NCBI GenBank assembly: GCA_051294375.1
Contig: CM119264.1
Location: forward strand, 21,952,681 to 22,016,680
DNA: 64,000 nucleotides
Source of the DNA: Paraspadella gotoi
Taxonomy: Eukaryota > Animalia > Chaetognatha
Direction: 5' to 3'
Part shown: in pieces, positions 25,077-38,307 of the stretch
Numbering within the stretch: the first letter of the stretch is position 1
Layout of the letters: each line of letters opens with the position of its first letter
The notes under the pieces: model-generated
The model's input: the letters and a program-made list of their open reading frames with translations, nothing else
What the model was told of the DNA's origin: nothing
Databases searched by the model: none
Made by a program: the position numbers and the translations under genes

Positions 25077-28000
25077 AAAAAAAAAGGAAAACCAAATCGC
25101 CGCTGAAGCGCGAAGAGTTGGAAGGTGATTTCGGGAAAAAAATATGGCGGATGAAAAGGAGGAAAGGAAAGAATGATAAGAAAATGTGAAAGAAAATTTT
25201 GGGAGGCGAAAAGGAAGAGAAAAAGTATAATTAATTTTTGAGAAACGGAACAAGTAACAAACTAACAAAATAATGAAACTCTTAAATGTGAACATTGATA
25301 AAACACGATTATAATTAAAAAGAAGACATTAAAATATTAACTTGGATTCATAAGCGGATAGAATCTGAAAAAGACATTGACCGAATGAGGCCGAGAGAGA
25401 ATGAGTGAGAAGAAAAGAAAGAGAAAAGGAAAAAAAAAAAGGTTTTATGATGATTGTTGCTGCCTCCGAGTTTTCTTTTCCTTCTTCTTCTCCGCCTTGT
25501 TCTGCTGGCTAGAGACGCCGTCTTTTTCACCTTTAACCTCGAATCCAAAAAACTTAAAAAAAAAATAAAAAAAAAAGCTTGGTGAAGTTTTTCTCGGGAA
25601 ATAATACGAGTTAAACAAAACTCATAGTCGCATTTTAAGCCAGACGTAACGTTTTAATATTTTCATCAAAAAAGTAAAACCGGAAAAAAAAACAAAACAT
25701 AAAAACAAAGAGTTCATCCTGTTCAATACAAACATTTAGCGTTAGTTAATTTATTCCAAGTAGTTTTTATAATCGACGACGTCGTTGTCGACGTCGTCGT
25801 CGTTGTTGTCGTCGTCTTTGTCGACCTCGTTTCCATCTTCGGCTCTTCACACAAAAGCAACGAATGAGGGTTTAGAATCGACATCTAAACAGAACAACTT
25901 TTCTTTCTCCTTTTTTTTCTCTTTCCTTTTTCTTTTTTTCCTCCTTTTTTTCGCTTTCGCGAAGAAAAAGAATTTTGTGTCATTCTGTGTCTCGTTTTCG
26001 CTCATCGGAGGAGAAAGAAGCCTAACAAGGAAGCGATGTCCCCCCCACCCCCTATCTCCTACCTCCCCACCCCCTTCCCTTAAGCTCCTCACAAGTTCTA
26101 CAACCGTCATTTTCTTTCTCCCGCAAGACCCCCCGTCCCGAAGACGCCCCCCCGCCCCTGTCCCTTTTAGTCATTTCTCGGCTCTCGAAACGCCCACACG
26201 AACCGTTACAACCCTTTTTTTGCCAGGAAATCTTTCTTATTCTCGCTACCGTAAAGTCATTTCGCTGTCATTTGCGCGGCTCCATTGAGGCCTGTAGACT
26301 CCGCAGCTCCTTCGGCCTTATCTTAAACCGACTCATTAAGATTAAACAAACCTTTCTTTATCTTTTTTCTATCTTTTTCTTGTTATCTCTGCTTCAAATG
26401 TTTATTAACCCAAAAAAAAGCCTGACAGTTACAATCATTACCAGGTCTCGAAGTGTTATAAAATAACTCCTCAGCTCCAAAAGTCACGACCGCCAGCCGT
26501 CGTTATCCTTTAATTAATCCTCACGCCCCCTACTCGACCCAAAGCCATCACCCTGCCTCCTTCCGTCCCGCCCCTTCCGAGATAATCGCTGTACAACGAC
26601 CCTTGAAGGCTTTTCGAGAGTCGAACCCAAATCCCAAGAAGGCACAAAGCCATCGTGGCCGCTCATCGACGTTTCTAAGCGTCGAGCGTGTACCCTCTCT
26701 AAAGAAGCCAGATACCCTTTCTGGATTTAATGCTTCCTTTCTTTGCGATAAGAGAAACAGTCGAACCTGGTCAATCTTTAAAAAGTGAAGCTGAGAACTG
26801 GCCAGAATCAATAGAATAGGTCAACTAAGAACGTAGGTATGCAATGTATTTTTGTAACACTCCTTAAGCAAAAGAAGTCCTTAATTTTAACGCGTATACT
26901 GTAAATAACTTTGAATGTTAAGACGAGTTTTTAGGTTTTATCCATTATTGTAACCCATTCTCCCATGCTGCAATGTTTGAAAGTTGTTGTTGACACCCTT
27001 TTCGCATCGTTTATCACTAACCAATAATCATAAACGCGATAAGTTTTAAAAAAAAATAACGTAATGGCCACAAAAACAAATAATCTTTCGCCCCCCCCCA
27101 AAAAAAAAAATTAAAATAACCCGCGACGTCAACAGAAAAAAAAAGAGTTAAAGATTCTGAGCGGTGATGGTGATAAAATGAAAATGAATCGAAAAATGGA
27201 GAAAGAATTATCCGCGAAAAGGCAAAGAAAGTTTGAAGAGAGAAAAAGGCAAAGAGGGAACCTCTTTGGACCAATAGCGAGAGACGGAGAAAGGAAAACC
27301 TCTTAAGTTATGACCCATTAATTTGAGGACAAGGAAAAACCGAGAGGACGCTCTGCATTTAGAGTAGATCCGGATCAGCGTGAAAGAAAAGAAAGAGATA
27401 GTGAAGAAAAGTCGGCGACCGAAAGAATGGAAGAAGGTGATAGAGAGAAAATAAGCAAATTTACTCCATTTTAATAAACGAAATTTCTATTAGAGGATAT
27501 TTAAAATTAATTAATTCCCTTTTGTTAATGTGAGGGATGAGCAATAAAAATAATTATATATTTATCCGTTATTAAAAAAACGGTAAAAATTTTCTCCTTT
27601 CGACTTCGCATTGTTTGGATGGCGTTTTGTTTATTAAGGTGGATTTGTTTTGCGTATGAACCGACAGGCGGCACTGGGAGTCTCCTCAGTCGGCGCCGAG
27701 AAGAATTTCAATTTTAGACTCAAATTGCGTTTTGTGGATGAAAACAAACAAAAAGAAAAAAAGAAAGGGAATCCGCCAAAATATTTAAAGAAAAAAATAT
27801 GATAAAAAAGCAACAAATGATTAAAAAAACTAAAAAAAAACAAAAATATCAAAAAGATGGCGATTGTTTCAAGTCGTGATCGAGACAACTAACTAATTTA
27901 AAAAAAAATATATAATTTCAATAAATAAAGTTTTAAACAAACTAAAAATGAGTAAATTTGAACGATATAAATAGACTTGGCAGATTAGAGCTACATAACC

Positions 28001-29980
28001 ACAAATGTAATTAGAGCTAAAGAAGTCAAATTACGAAAAAATGAACGTAGTTGTTAATAATAATAATTTAAGTAACAAAAATATTCTTTTTTTTATTCCG
28101 AATATTGACTGGCAGATTCAGACTGGATTACGCCATTTCCAGCAAATGTGGGCGTAAATCAACAAAGAAAGAAAAGACGAAGACGTCATAAATAGGGGAT
28201 CATCTTCGCCACAATAGACTAGCAAGGGGGGGGGGGAGCAGACGACGATATCGTCGACGGCAAAGAAAATGGCGACGAGTACGTCGACGACGACGACGTA
28301 AAAGACGATAGTGATCTGGACGTGGCAGTAAAACGTCGTTTGGAAGACGAATTCTTCAGCGATAAAATGGCACAAAGACGAAACAAAATGGGACAGAAAT
28401 TCGACACAACAAATCGGCGAAAGAGGATATAAAATGGCGCCTACGAAGACCCGCGTAATGGGACAAAAAAGAGACTCGGTGAGGGAAGACGACGACAAAG
28501 ACCACTGCGTGAAACTAAAAGCCGAAACAAAATGGTGGGAAATATGCCGCAATCCGAAAATGGTGCCATCTGGTACGCGGAAAGTTGATGTCGACCACGC
28601 TGCGCAATGATATGGAGTGAACGGTGAATGGCAACGAATTAAAAGTGAACATTGTTTTCTAACATTTAATGAGGGGAGAGTTGACGATAATAAAAACAAG
28701 ATCACATGTTAATATGAGAGAAAAAAAGTTTAGCGAACGGGAGTGGCTTCGATCTGATTATTATTCTAACGAAACCCTCTAGACAGTTGTCATTGAACAA
28801 CAACGACGACCCAATTGACAGAATAAACGAAGACAACCATGAACCGCTTACGCCAACAACGAAAATAGATTTGTCACGAAAATGCGCCGACGAAAATAGG
28901 GGACCAACGAAAACAAACGCAAAACTCTGGAAAAACGACGACAACGGAAAGATGACGACGAAAAGTCAGACTCGAAAAAAGACGAAAATGATCGAGAGGA
29001 CGACGACGACGACGACGACGACCACCCCCCCCTAAACATCTTGAAGAAAATCCCATCGATTCCCGAGAGATTCGATTCCATTTTTCCTTTTTGGTGTCCG
29101 CACTATCTGCGGGGATTTTCTGCGGCAAACGTGATTTTCCTTCTCGGAACAAAGTTTACGTTTTTGATTCGATTCGTGAGTGAAAAAAAATCAGTGAAAA
29201 TCAGTGAAAATCAGTGAAAAATCAGCAACCAGCTTTTTGTTTGAAATCGATTGTTTAATTTCAAACTAACTCGAGGATTGCGCGTCGTTGATTACCGCAA
29301 TTTCAATTTCTCTCTCTCTGTCTCGACCCAAATTAACAAACTTAATAATCTTTATTTCTTCCAATTCTCTTAACAAAGTTTCTGTCAATTAGTTTTGCTA
29401 AACTTCTGACGCTGCTTTTCAAGGCCAAACGAAATGAGTTTTTTTTTACAGAATTAAATCACTAAACTGAATTTATGAGAAAAATTTGCATAAAAGTCAT
29501 ATTCAAATTAGCATAATTTTTTTTCTTACCTCTGGCTAGTGTTGTTGATAAGAAGAGGGAAACTATTATCGTGCATTGATTCTTTTTTCCGGGTGGCGGG
29601 TGTGGCGGTGATAGCGCCGGCGGCGGCAGCGGTGACGGCAGCGGCGTCGGCAGCGAAGGCAGCGCCGGTATTCGATAAAGAATAGGAGTTGGATTATGGA
29701 TGGTAAGCAATATACTTGAAGGTGCGGTTGAGAAGGTGTGGATGAAAGACGAGGGAAAGAGTTTCAACAAAGACAGTTGCGGCGTCAGCTGCGGCAGAAT
29801 CGGTTGTGGAAACTGTGGCAGAGCGACGGCGGAAGCGGCGGCGGAAGCGGCGGAAGAAGCGGCGGCGGAAACGGCAGCGCTGATCCCTGGCGTCTCTTCA
29901 TCATCTCTTTTGTTTCGTTGACGCGATCGGAGAAACAAGATGAGAACCCAAGATTGCTACGGCGAGTTGCGGATAGGGAG

Positions 29981-30093
<113 letters not shown>

Positions 30094-31206
30094 CAGAGAG
30101 AGACAGAAATGGTCGGAAACGGATGAAAGATGGAGCGACGCAAGGGAGAGGCAGCGAGAACGAAAACAATTGGCCGACTTCGCTTTCCTCTCTTCTCCGC
30201 TTTTGATTCTAAACAAACAAAAACAAACAGATTTGCGTCCGACGATAACATATGAACCGAATCTGTTTTAAGGGGCTTTCCGTTTTCAAAGAAAAAAAAA
30301 TAATCAGCGGCGAAACGAACTCGAAATTCATTAAAGCTTCTGGTTGGTAGAACCGGTCGGGTTGAAGGGACAACTTTTTTCGAGGTTAGATCTTTTTATT
30401 TGTTCATCCTTGCATCATTTGATCAGTAACTATGTACATATTAACATTAAGCTTAATATTTTTGTCACTCAGAGAAGAAAATTATTAAGTGACGCGGCCT
30501 GGTTTGTACCGATGCAACTCGGGTCCATCAAACGACTAATTTCCTTTCTCTTTACCCAATAACCAGATTCGCTTTCCGTCCTGTTAGAAAAAGAAAGTTG
30601 GCCAATAAGAAAGAGTAGAGGAATAAAGGGAAGCAGCATCGACCAGGGGTTGCGGCATAGAAGATACATAGAGAGCGGGTGAGGCTTTTAAAAAGGAAAA
30701 AGAAAAGACGATGGGACGATGGAGTTTCATCGACGAGCAATCGTAGCAAATCACCACGAGGGAGAAAATTAATAACTAAGGAGGGAGTGATGGTGGAGAA
30801 ATAGGGGAGGAGGGGGAAGATAAAGAAGAAAGGAAAGGAAGAAAGGAAGGGCCTCCAAGTGGTGCGCAGCCCCCTATAGCGTTGAGCGTCATTGCTGTGG
30901 GAGGAATAACTCGCCAGTCGCGACTCTCACGATCGTAACTCCTTCATTCATGACAATAAAAAATCGCGAAAACCATTTTCGCCTCCCTTCTGTTTTATAT
31001 TCTTTTCATATGAATTTGCGATCCGATGGCTCGTTTATTTATTTCCATTTCCTTTTAACTTTTCTTTGATGATTTTTTTGCCATTTTTTTTCTTTGCGCT
31101 TTTTATTGGTCTTTCAGTATCCGGTACTTTGTTAGTTGTTTCTTGTTTTATATCATAACGCTGATTTTAGATTTGTTTGTTTATTTTTGTTTCTCTTATT
31201 CTTTTT

Positions 31207-31217
31207 TTGCCAGCCAG

Positions 31218-31248
<31 letters not shown>

Positions 31249-31270
31249 TCCTTCCTTCCTTCCTTCCTTC

Positions 31271-31360
<90 letters not shown>
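31207..31360. repeat. Compound tetranucleotide microsatellite (GCCT)n-(TTCC)n-(TTCT)n
   Basis: Read directly; the motif changes by single-base steps. Confidence 0.95.
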
Positions 31361-31774
31361 CTCCATCCTCCAGCCCGATTATTGTTTTCGTTCGTGTACA
31401 TAATAATCTTAGCCAGTCGACGAATTCTCTCCCTCATCGTGCGACTCCGTTCATTCTTTTTCCCTTCTCTGATTTATGGCTGCAATTTTCTGCTGCTATG
31501 AGTGACGAGGCCGTCCTCGATCCGCGGGGACCACGACGCTGACACACGGGGGGAAAGGCGACACTGCACCCTGGTCGCTCACCCTCCCACCCACCGCCGC
31601 AGCCGTCGATATATGTATTCCCTCACCCATCAACCAACCCTTTTCATCTTCGCCTCTCGAGAAACCAATACGTCATCTCCCGCGGAAACAGCGATCGCTG
31701 AGTCGCTTAGTCCTTTTCTTCACCACGCCCACTTTTTTTCCCGCCAAAACCCGATTCTCCTCGCGCGCGTCTCG

Positions 31775-31808
<34 letters not shown>

Positions 31809-33137
31809 CCTCTCGCGTCGACTTATTAATTTTATCTTCCTCACATCGCAGCTCAAGCTTTGTGGACCCCTTTTGCCCCAGCCGATGATGTTTTGGCCGA
31901 GAGAGTCGATACAGTTCCTGCTGCAGAAATAAAAAATTATTAATTTTTGGCGGTCGTAATTCCATTTTATTTCCGGCTTTTGACAAAACTATTAATTACG
32001 TTTGGCGAGACACGAAAACCACTTTAATTCCCGATACTGCTTCTGAAAAAAACGTTTGCTCGAGCGAAGGTTTGTACCAAAACTCCAAAGACTTTTCCGC
32101 TCCACAATTCTACCACCCGGTCAGAAGCAGTCTTCCTCCTCCTCTTCCTCCTCCCCCCCTGCCGCCCCCCAACACTCAACGCCATCTCGTCTCCCAAAAT
32201 TGTTCGCTTCGACATCCGTTTGAGTAACGGGGGTAACGGAGCGTCAGGTAATAACGTTTTCCTCCAGTTAGTTTTCCAGGTAAGTGATACAGGAAAAGAG
32301 GCTGAAACTGGGTTTTTTTTTTCACCCACCTTGGCGGCAGCGCCCTCTCCCTGGAGTGATTTTCCCGGCGACGACGACGACGGCTCCGCCTTGTTTAGGA
32401 ACGAAGAGGGTGGCGGGTATTTGGGCCGGGGGTGTTGAGGATGAGGGAGTTAGAGACTCGAATTCTCTCGCTGATTGCGATGTCTCTTGCGAAATGGAAA
32501 AGAGGCGTGAGGAATGTGAATGTGAATCGTGGGGGGGGGGAGGAATACGAAAAATGATGAAACATAAACGCGAAAACAAAAATCCGGTTTCCTTCCGAAA
32601 ATTCGCCAGAATAAAGGCAAATGCCGTTGGTGCCGCCGAGGCGATGCCACAGCCGATGCCGCCGCCGCAGCCGCGGACGCTGCAGGCGGAGACGCCAAGG
32701 TTTACCAAAAAAAAGGAAAAAATCCGCAAAGGACGCTGTTTTTTTCCCCGTCGTTTCACCGACCTCTTGAAAATTCGCTTACAAGCAGATTTCTTCCTCA
32801 CCTTTTTGCGTTTTCATTTTTTAAAGAATTTGTAAATACTGGAATATCCTTATATCATTAAAATGCAAGATCCTTTTTAGTTCAAACTTTTTGTTCAAAC
32901 TGTTTGTTCGAAGATAAAACGTGGACCAATAGTGTCGACGCTTTGTATAAAAGATTATAGGGTCATTGACGCGGCGGCCCTATCTCCTTCTTCAGAGACG
33001 ACCCACCCTTCATTTTATAACGACGACGACATCAAGTTTGATCACCCATTTTCCTCGTTAACCATCCTCTCGCCTTAACCGTAAAACCGAGATGAATACA
33101 CTCGCTTCTCAGCCCAACCCTGAGGGCTTTATCCTCC

Positions 33138-33200
<63 letters not shown>

Positions 33201-34391
33201 CCCCTTTCTCCCTCTCTCCCTCCCCCCAGTTTTTCCTCTCTCCCGGGGATTGATTACACGCATTTCCGGTGGCTGAAAGCGCGCTCGACAGCCAACGCTG
33301 AGGGAGGCTGAGAAGAGGTTGGGTCGTGGGTGCCTTTACTAGAAGCAGAGAGGACTTGCTCTCGCTAGAGTTTTTACCTTTTTTTGCACTTTGTCTTTTT
33401 ATCCGTCTGACTGACTCTGTTAACGTCTGGTTATCTCTTTGCTTATCTTTCTGTCTTTTCTGAATATCTTGTATTTTCTCGTCTGCAGAACTCTCCTCTC
33501 TCTCTCCTCAAACCTCTCATCTCTCTCTCTCTCTCTCCTTTTTTCTAGTGAAAACAATTTCTGAACACTACATTGCGATAAAATTGAGAAAAAAGGAAAG
33601 AGAACAAAGAAAAGGACAAAGAAATGTTCCCCGTTTATGTAACTACGTGTGTATGCAACAGTCCATTAAAACCAAAGCAATTTAACCCTCGCAAAACCAA
33701 AAAGCAAAGCTACACAATAGAAAAAAAAAATAACATGACAGATATTGTCTAAACCGACAAAAGAGTGACGATTATTGTCCACGTCGGGCGAATCTTTATC
33801 AGACAGTCACAATGGGAGGGAGCGGTTGGGAAACGGAGCGAAAAGCTTTTTTGCGGAGGGTAAATGACGCAATCAACGAGGGCGTCAAGACGCGTAAATT
33901 CAATTTTTTTAAAAAGAAAACAATAAAAAAAACTATTTTTCCGCGCAATTATTTTTTTGCCACGATAAAGATTTTTCGGAATGGCTCCATTCATGAAAAG
34001 AAGATCTATTTGACACGCAATCACTTTCAAACAAAATCTCGTGAGTACACATTGTTTAATGTTTAATATACAGTTATACACACAAGAAATTTTCAGCTCA
34101 TGAAATATATCTAAACGGATTGGCGTAAAAAAAAAAAAAACCCTTTATATACGTATTGCAAGAGGAAAAACTTGTCTTAATCAAAGTGCTTTGCAAATTG
34201 CCCAAGCCTTTTATACATACGAATAGCTAGAATCAGAAAAAAGGAAATTACTATTTCCCTTTCTTTCTTTTCGTTTCTTCAACTTTAGTACTCTCCTCTC
34301 TATATTAAACCTTTTTTCTTCTTCCCCTCATTTTTTCCCCTGGAGATTTCATTGATTCTTTTACGACGCTTGAGATTTGAACTCTTTACGG

Positions 34392-35848
34392 GGGGTAGTT
34401 CAGAGAAGGTGGTTATCTGGAGGGGGTAAGTCAATGAGGAGGTGTGGTTATTCATGGAGGGGGGGGCGATGGGAATGAGTCGGGTGGTGTGAGAAGATTT
34501 ACGCGGAACATGTCAAGCGCAGTAGGAGTGGTTATCTGAGGCGTAAGGTCGTGTGTGTGTGGTTATCTGAGGGTAAGGTTCAGAGGAGCGTAGTTATCTG
34601 GAGGGGTAATGTCCAGAGGAGGTGGTTATCTGGAGGGGGCGGCAATGGGCGAAGAGCTCGGTGGTTGGCTCGAGCAAGATTACCGCGAAATGTGGTAAGT
34701 CGAGGACGAGGTGGTTATATCTGGCAGGTGTAAGGTCAGAGGAGGTGGTTATCTGAGAGGGTAAGGTCAGAGGAGGTGGTTATCTGGAGGGGTTAAGCGT
34801 CACGGGAGGTGGTTATCTGGAGGGGTAAGGTCAGAGGAGGTGGTTATCTGGAGGGGGGGCAATGGGAAGAGTCGGTGGTGGTGAGAAGATTACGCGAAAT
34901 GGTAAGCGTCAGGAGGAGGTGGTCTATCTGGAGGGTAAGGTCAGAGGCAGGTGGTTATCTGGAGTGTGGGGTGGGGGGCCAATGGGGAGAGAGTCGTTGG
35001 TGTGGTGGTGGGAGATGAAGATTACTGTGCGAAATTTTGGTAAGGTCAGAGGAGGGTGTGGATCTGGACGGGGTAAGTCAATGAGGTGGGGTTATCTAGT
35101 GTGAGTTGGGGGTGCAATGGGGAAGGAGTCTGGGTTCGGGTCGGTCTGAGAAGAATACGCGAAACTGGTTAAGGTCAGAGGGAGGCTGGTTATCTGGGAG
35201 TGAGGCGCTACCCTTCGCGCTGATGGGGGCACCTTGCTAATGGCGAAGAGCGTCTCGGTGGCTTGGTGGAGAAGATTACGCGAAATGTACAGGTCAGAGT
35301 CGAGGTGGTTATCTGGAGGGAGTAAGGATACAGAGGAGGGTAGTGGTTATTCGTCGGAGGGGGGGGCAATGGGGAAGAGTCGAGTGGTGGTTGAGGAGAT
35401 TACGCGAAATGCGTTAAGGTGCAGGAGGAGGTGGTTATCTGCGAGGGGGGGCGATGGGAAGAGTCGGTGGTGGTGAAAGATTACGAATGCTAAGTCACAG
35501 AGGTCGTATACTGGGAGGGTAAGGTCAGAGGAGGGTGGTTATCGGAGGGGTAGGAGAGGTGGTATCTGGAGGGGGGGCGATGGGAAGAGTCGGTGGTGTG
35601 TCGATGAAGATTACGGATGAATGGTAAGGTCAAGGAGGTGGTTATCTGGAGGCGGTAAGGTCACGAGGGAGGGTCGGTTATCGTAGGGGTGGTGGGCGGA
35701 ATGGGGCAAGAGTCAGGTGTGTTGAGAAGATTACGCGAAATGGTTAAGGTCAGAGGACTTATCTGGAGTGTTGTGTGGGTTTATCATGGGAGGGGGGGGG
35801 GCCCGATGGCGGAAGAGTCGGTGGTGGTGAGAAGATTACGCGAAATGG
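34392..35848. repeat. G-rich composite minisatellite: ~30-bp unit A (GGTAAGGTCAGAGGAGGTGGTTATCTGGAG) interleaved with ~46-bp unit B (GGGGGGCAATGGGAAGAGTCGGTGGTGGTGAGAAGATTACGCGAAAT)
   Basis: Cleanest copies at 34730-34930; the other copies carry many single-base indels. Confidence 0.9.
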
Positions 35849-36507
35849 AGAATAGGCGATATTTCGTGGAAGGTGGAGCTTTAGGGAAAGGAAGATAGTT
35901 TCTAGAAATTATTTATTAAATTTATACTTTGTTGTGAAGTTTAAAGTGTGAAAGTTAATGCTGAAAAGGTTTAAGAATACGGAGACCAGTGCTTCGATTA
36001 ACTGAACGAGTTTTCCTAGAATTCCGACTGACAATGTGGTTGGATCACAATACACAACTGGAGTTAAGAGATTAAAAGGAGAATGAGCCTTTCAAGGTGA
36101 GGAATCAGAAAAGCGAAGCTCTGAGAACACTGAGCGGCGATGGGATGAGTTAAAAAAGCTGCGAAGGAGGCGGCAGCGGTGGCGCCGGTGGCGGCGGCGG
36201 TGGCGGCGGAAGCGGCAAAGGGGGGCGTCAGTGGGCGGATCATCTCGTGCGAAAGGGAGGATATTAAACGGAAGCTAACTCTGATCCGTTTCCGCCCATC
36301 CCGCCTCTTTCCTGTCTTTCTGGCCCAACGATCGGCCTATCCACCCTTTGCTCCCCTCCACTGCTCGTCTCACTTCACCCTCTACTTGCCCCCCCCCTTT
36401 TAAACTCCCAACAACGACTCTCTCCCCTCACCGGAGTTCCAGCGCAGGAGAACCTCTGAATCAACCGGAACATGACAGGAATCAAAAAGACGCTGGCTTT
36501 TCATTCT

Positions 36508-36560
<53 letters not shown>

Positions 36561-36574
36561 TCTCTCATCTCTCT

Positions 36575-36605
<31 letters not shown>

Positions 36606-37350
36606 ATTTCCTCCCCTCATTTCTTTTATCTACTTCATCCAATGTTTTTCTTATTCTTATCCTTTTTCCTTGTTATTCCTTTTTTTTTCTTTGTTATTCT
36701 CGAAGACAATTGAACGAAGTTCATTTTTTTCGGGAGAAAAAGGAAAAGAAAAAAAGAAAAGAAGAAAGGGGGGGGAGTTAGAACTCTTTTTCATTGTTTG
36801 GGGTTAAAAGAAAGGTTCTCGGTCGAGAGAAAGGTACCTCGTCTTAAAGTTAACCATGTCAGTGTATTTTTTTTTTGCCTTGGGGAAACTAATTTGAATA
36901 TAAAATGGTATTGAAAATATGTCAAGTGCTAACAAGACGATGCCGCGCGCGTTCCCCGTCCGTTGCAGAAAAGTTCCGAAATTCGGATCGGGCTGTAGTC
37001 CGTCACTACAGGTGGGTTAGACGCCCCGTCAACTTTCTTGAGTTGAATCAGCAGGTCGCGAACCCTCTTGGCTGGGAGGGATCATCTACCTTGCGGTGCT
37101 AGAGCTGCGCGGCTTCTTCGGACGAGTAACGGGGTATGAACACTACCTCTTCACTGCTCGCTTGAAATTTTTGTTGGATGTAATAAACACAGTCACACAG
37201 ACCGATGAAAGACTTGATTTTGATTCGTCCCTCCATCTTCAATCTCTCTTCAATTCTCTCTTTTCTCCTTTCATTACGCGCGTTTTGGGAACCTGAGTAA
37301 ACTCTCTTTCTTTTGTGACCTCTGCTCTCTCTCTCCTCTCTCTCTCTCTC

Positions 37351-37443
<93 letters not shown>

Positions 37444-38276
37444 TCTCCTCTCTCTCTCTCAAAATTGGCGTAAACTCTTCTTTTCGCCCTAAAAACGTTC
37501 GTTCTTGTTGTGTTTTTCTCTCACGGATTCTTCAACCTGCTCGAAAAACCTTTCTCTCCTTCTTTTTCTTTTCTTTTTCAATTTCACGATTGAGTTTTGC
37601 GACTTCGGGTCGAGGAGCCGACTTGAAGCCTTTGAGCAGCCGGTTGAGGATTTCAGGGGAAGTTGTTGGGGTCGAAGTGAACGCCCAATGTGTTTGTGTG
37701 TGTGTGTGTGTTTGACTGTGTGTCTTTGTGTGTGTGTGAGTTTGATTGTGTGCTGTCAAGGAGATAAGTTGATTAGTCTAAGAGTGAATGAAGAATTGAG
37801 AAGTTGAAAAGTTAGGAGGTGAGAACTGGTCGTGTCTTCCCGTCTTCCAGGAATTTTTTCCTCACCTGGTTTGTTTGCGTCGTCGTTAAAGATCGAGAGC
37901 CTCTGATCTTTGAGGGAGGTGGGGGAGGGAAGGAGGGGGTGGGGGAAAAGGTAAGTATGGGAAAATTTTAGGCTATGGGGGAATAAGGTTGTAGGGGTAC
38001 GGGAGGGCGGAAAACACCCCATACGGCCAAACGGCTTCGAAACTAGAGCGAATATGGGTATAATGTATAATGTAATATAAGTTAAATGCGGTATGACAAG
38101 CAATCTTGTAATTAACGTAAACTAACATACGAAGAAAATCCAGAAAAAAATATTTTACAAAGTTTTTTGGAACGAAGCCAAAGGTGAACTATATTTCTCT
38201 TAAACATCTTTAATTAAAAATTTATTTAGGCCGTAAATTTTACTTTCAACGTTTTGTTTTTCGCTCTCGAGCAACT

Positions 38277-38307
<31 letters not shown>

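Noticed and set aside
29462-29938. Ala/Pro-rich minus-strand exon
   Set aside because: Driven by GGC/GCG low-complexity runs; no convincing splice sites or domain.
34392-35848. Repeat-spacer array or telomeric repeat
   Set aside because: The intervening segments are themselves a repeated unit, the variation looks like indel noise, and there is no TTAGG/TTAGGG array.
36905-37200. rRNA or other structured RNA fragment
   Set aside because: No conserved rRNA or snRNA signature could be matched by eye.
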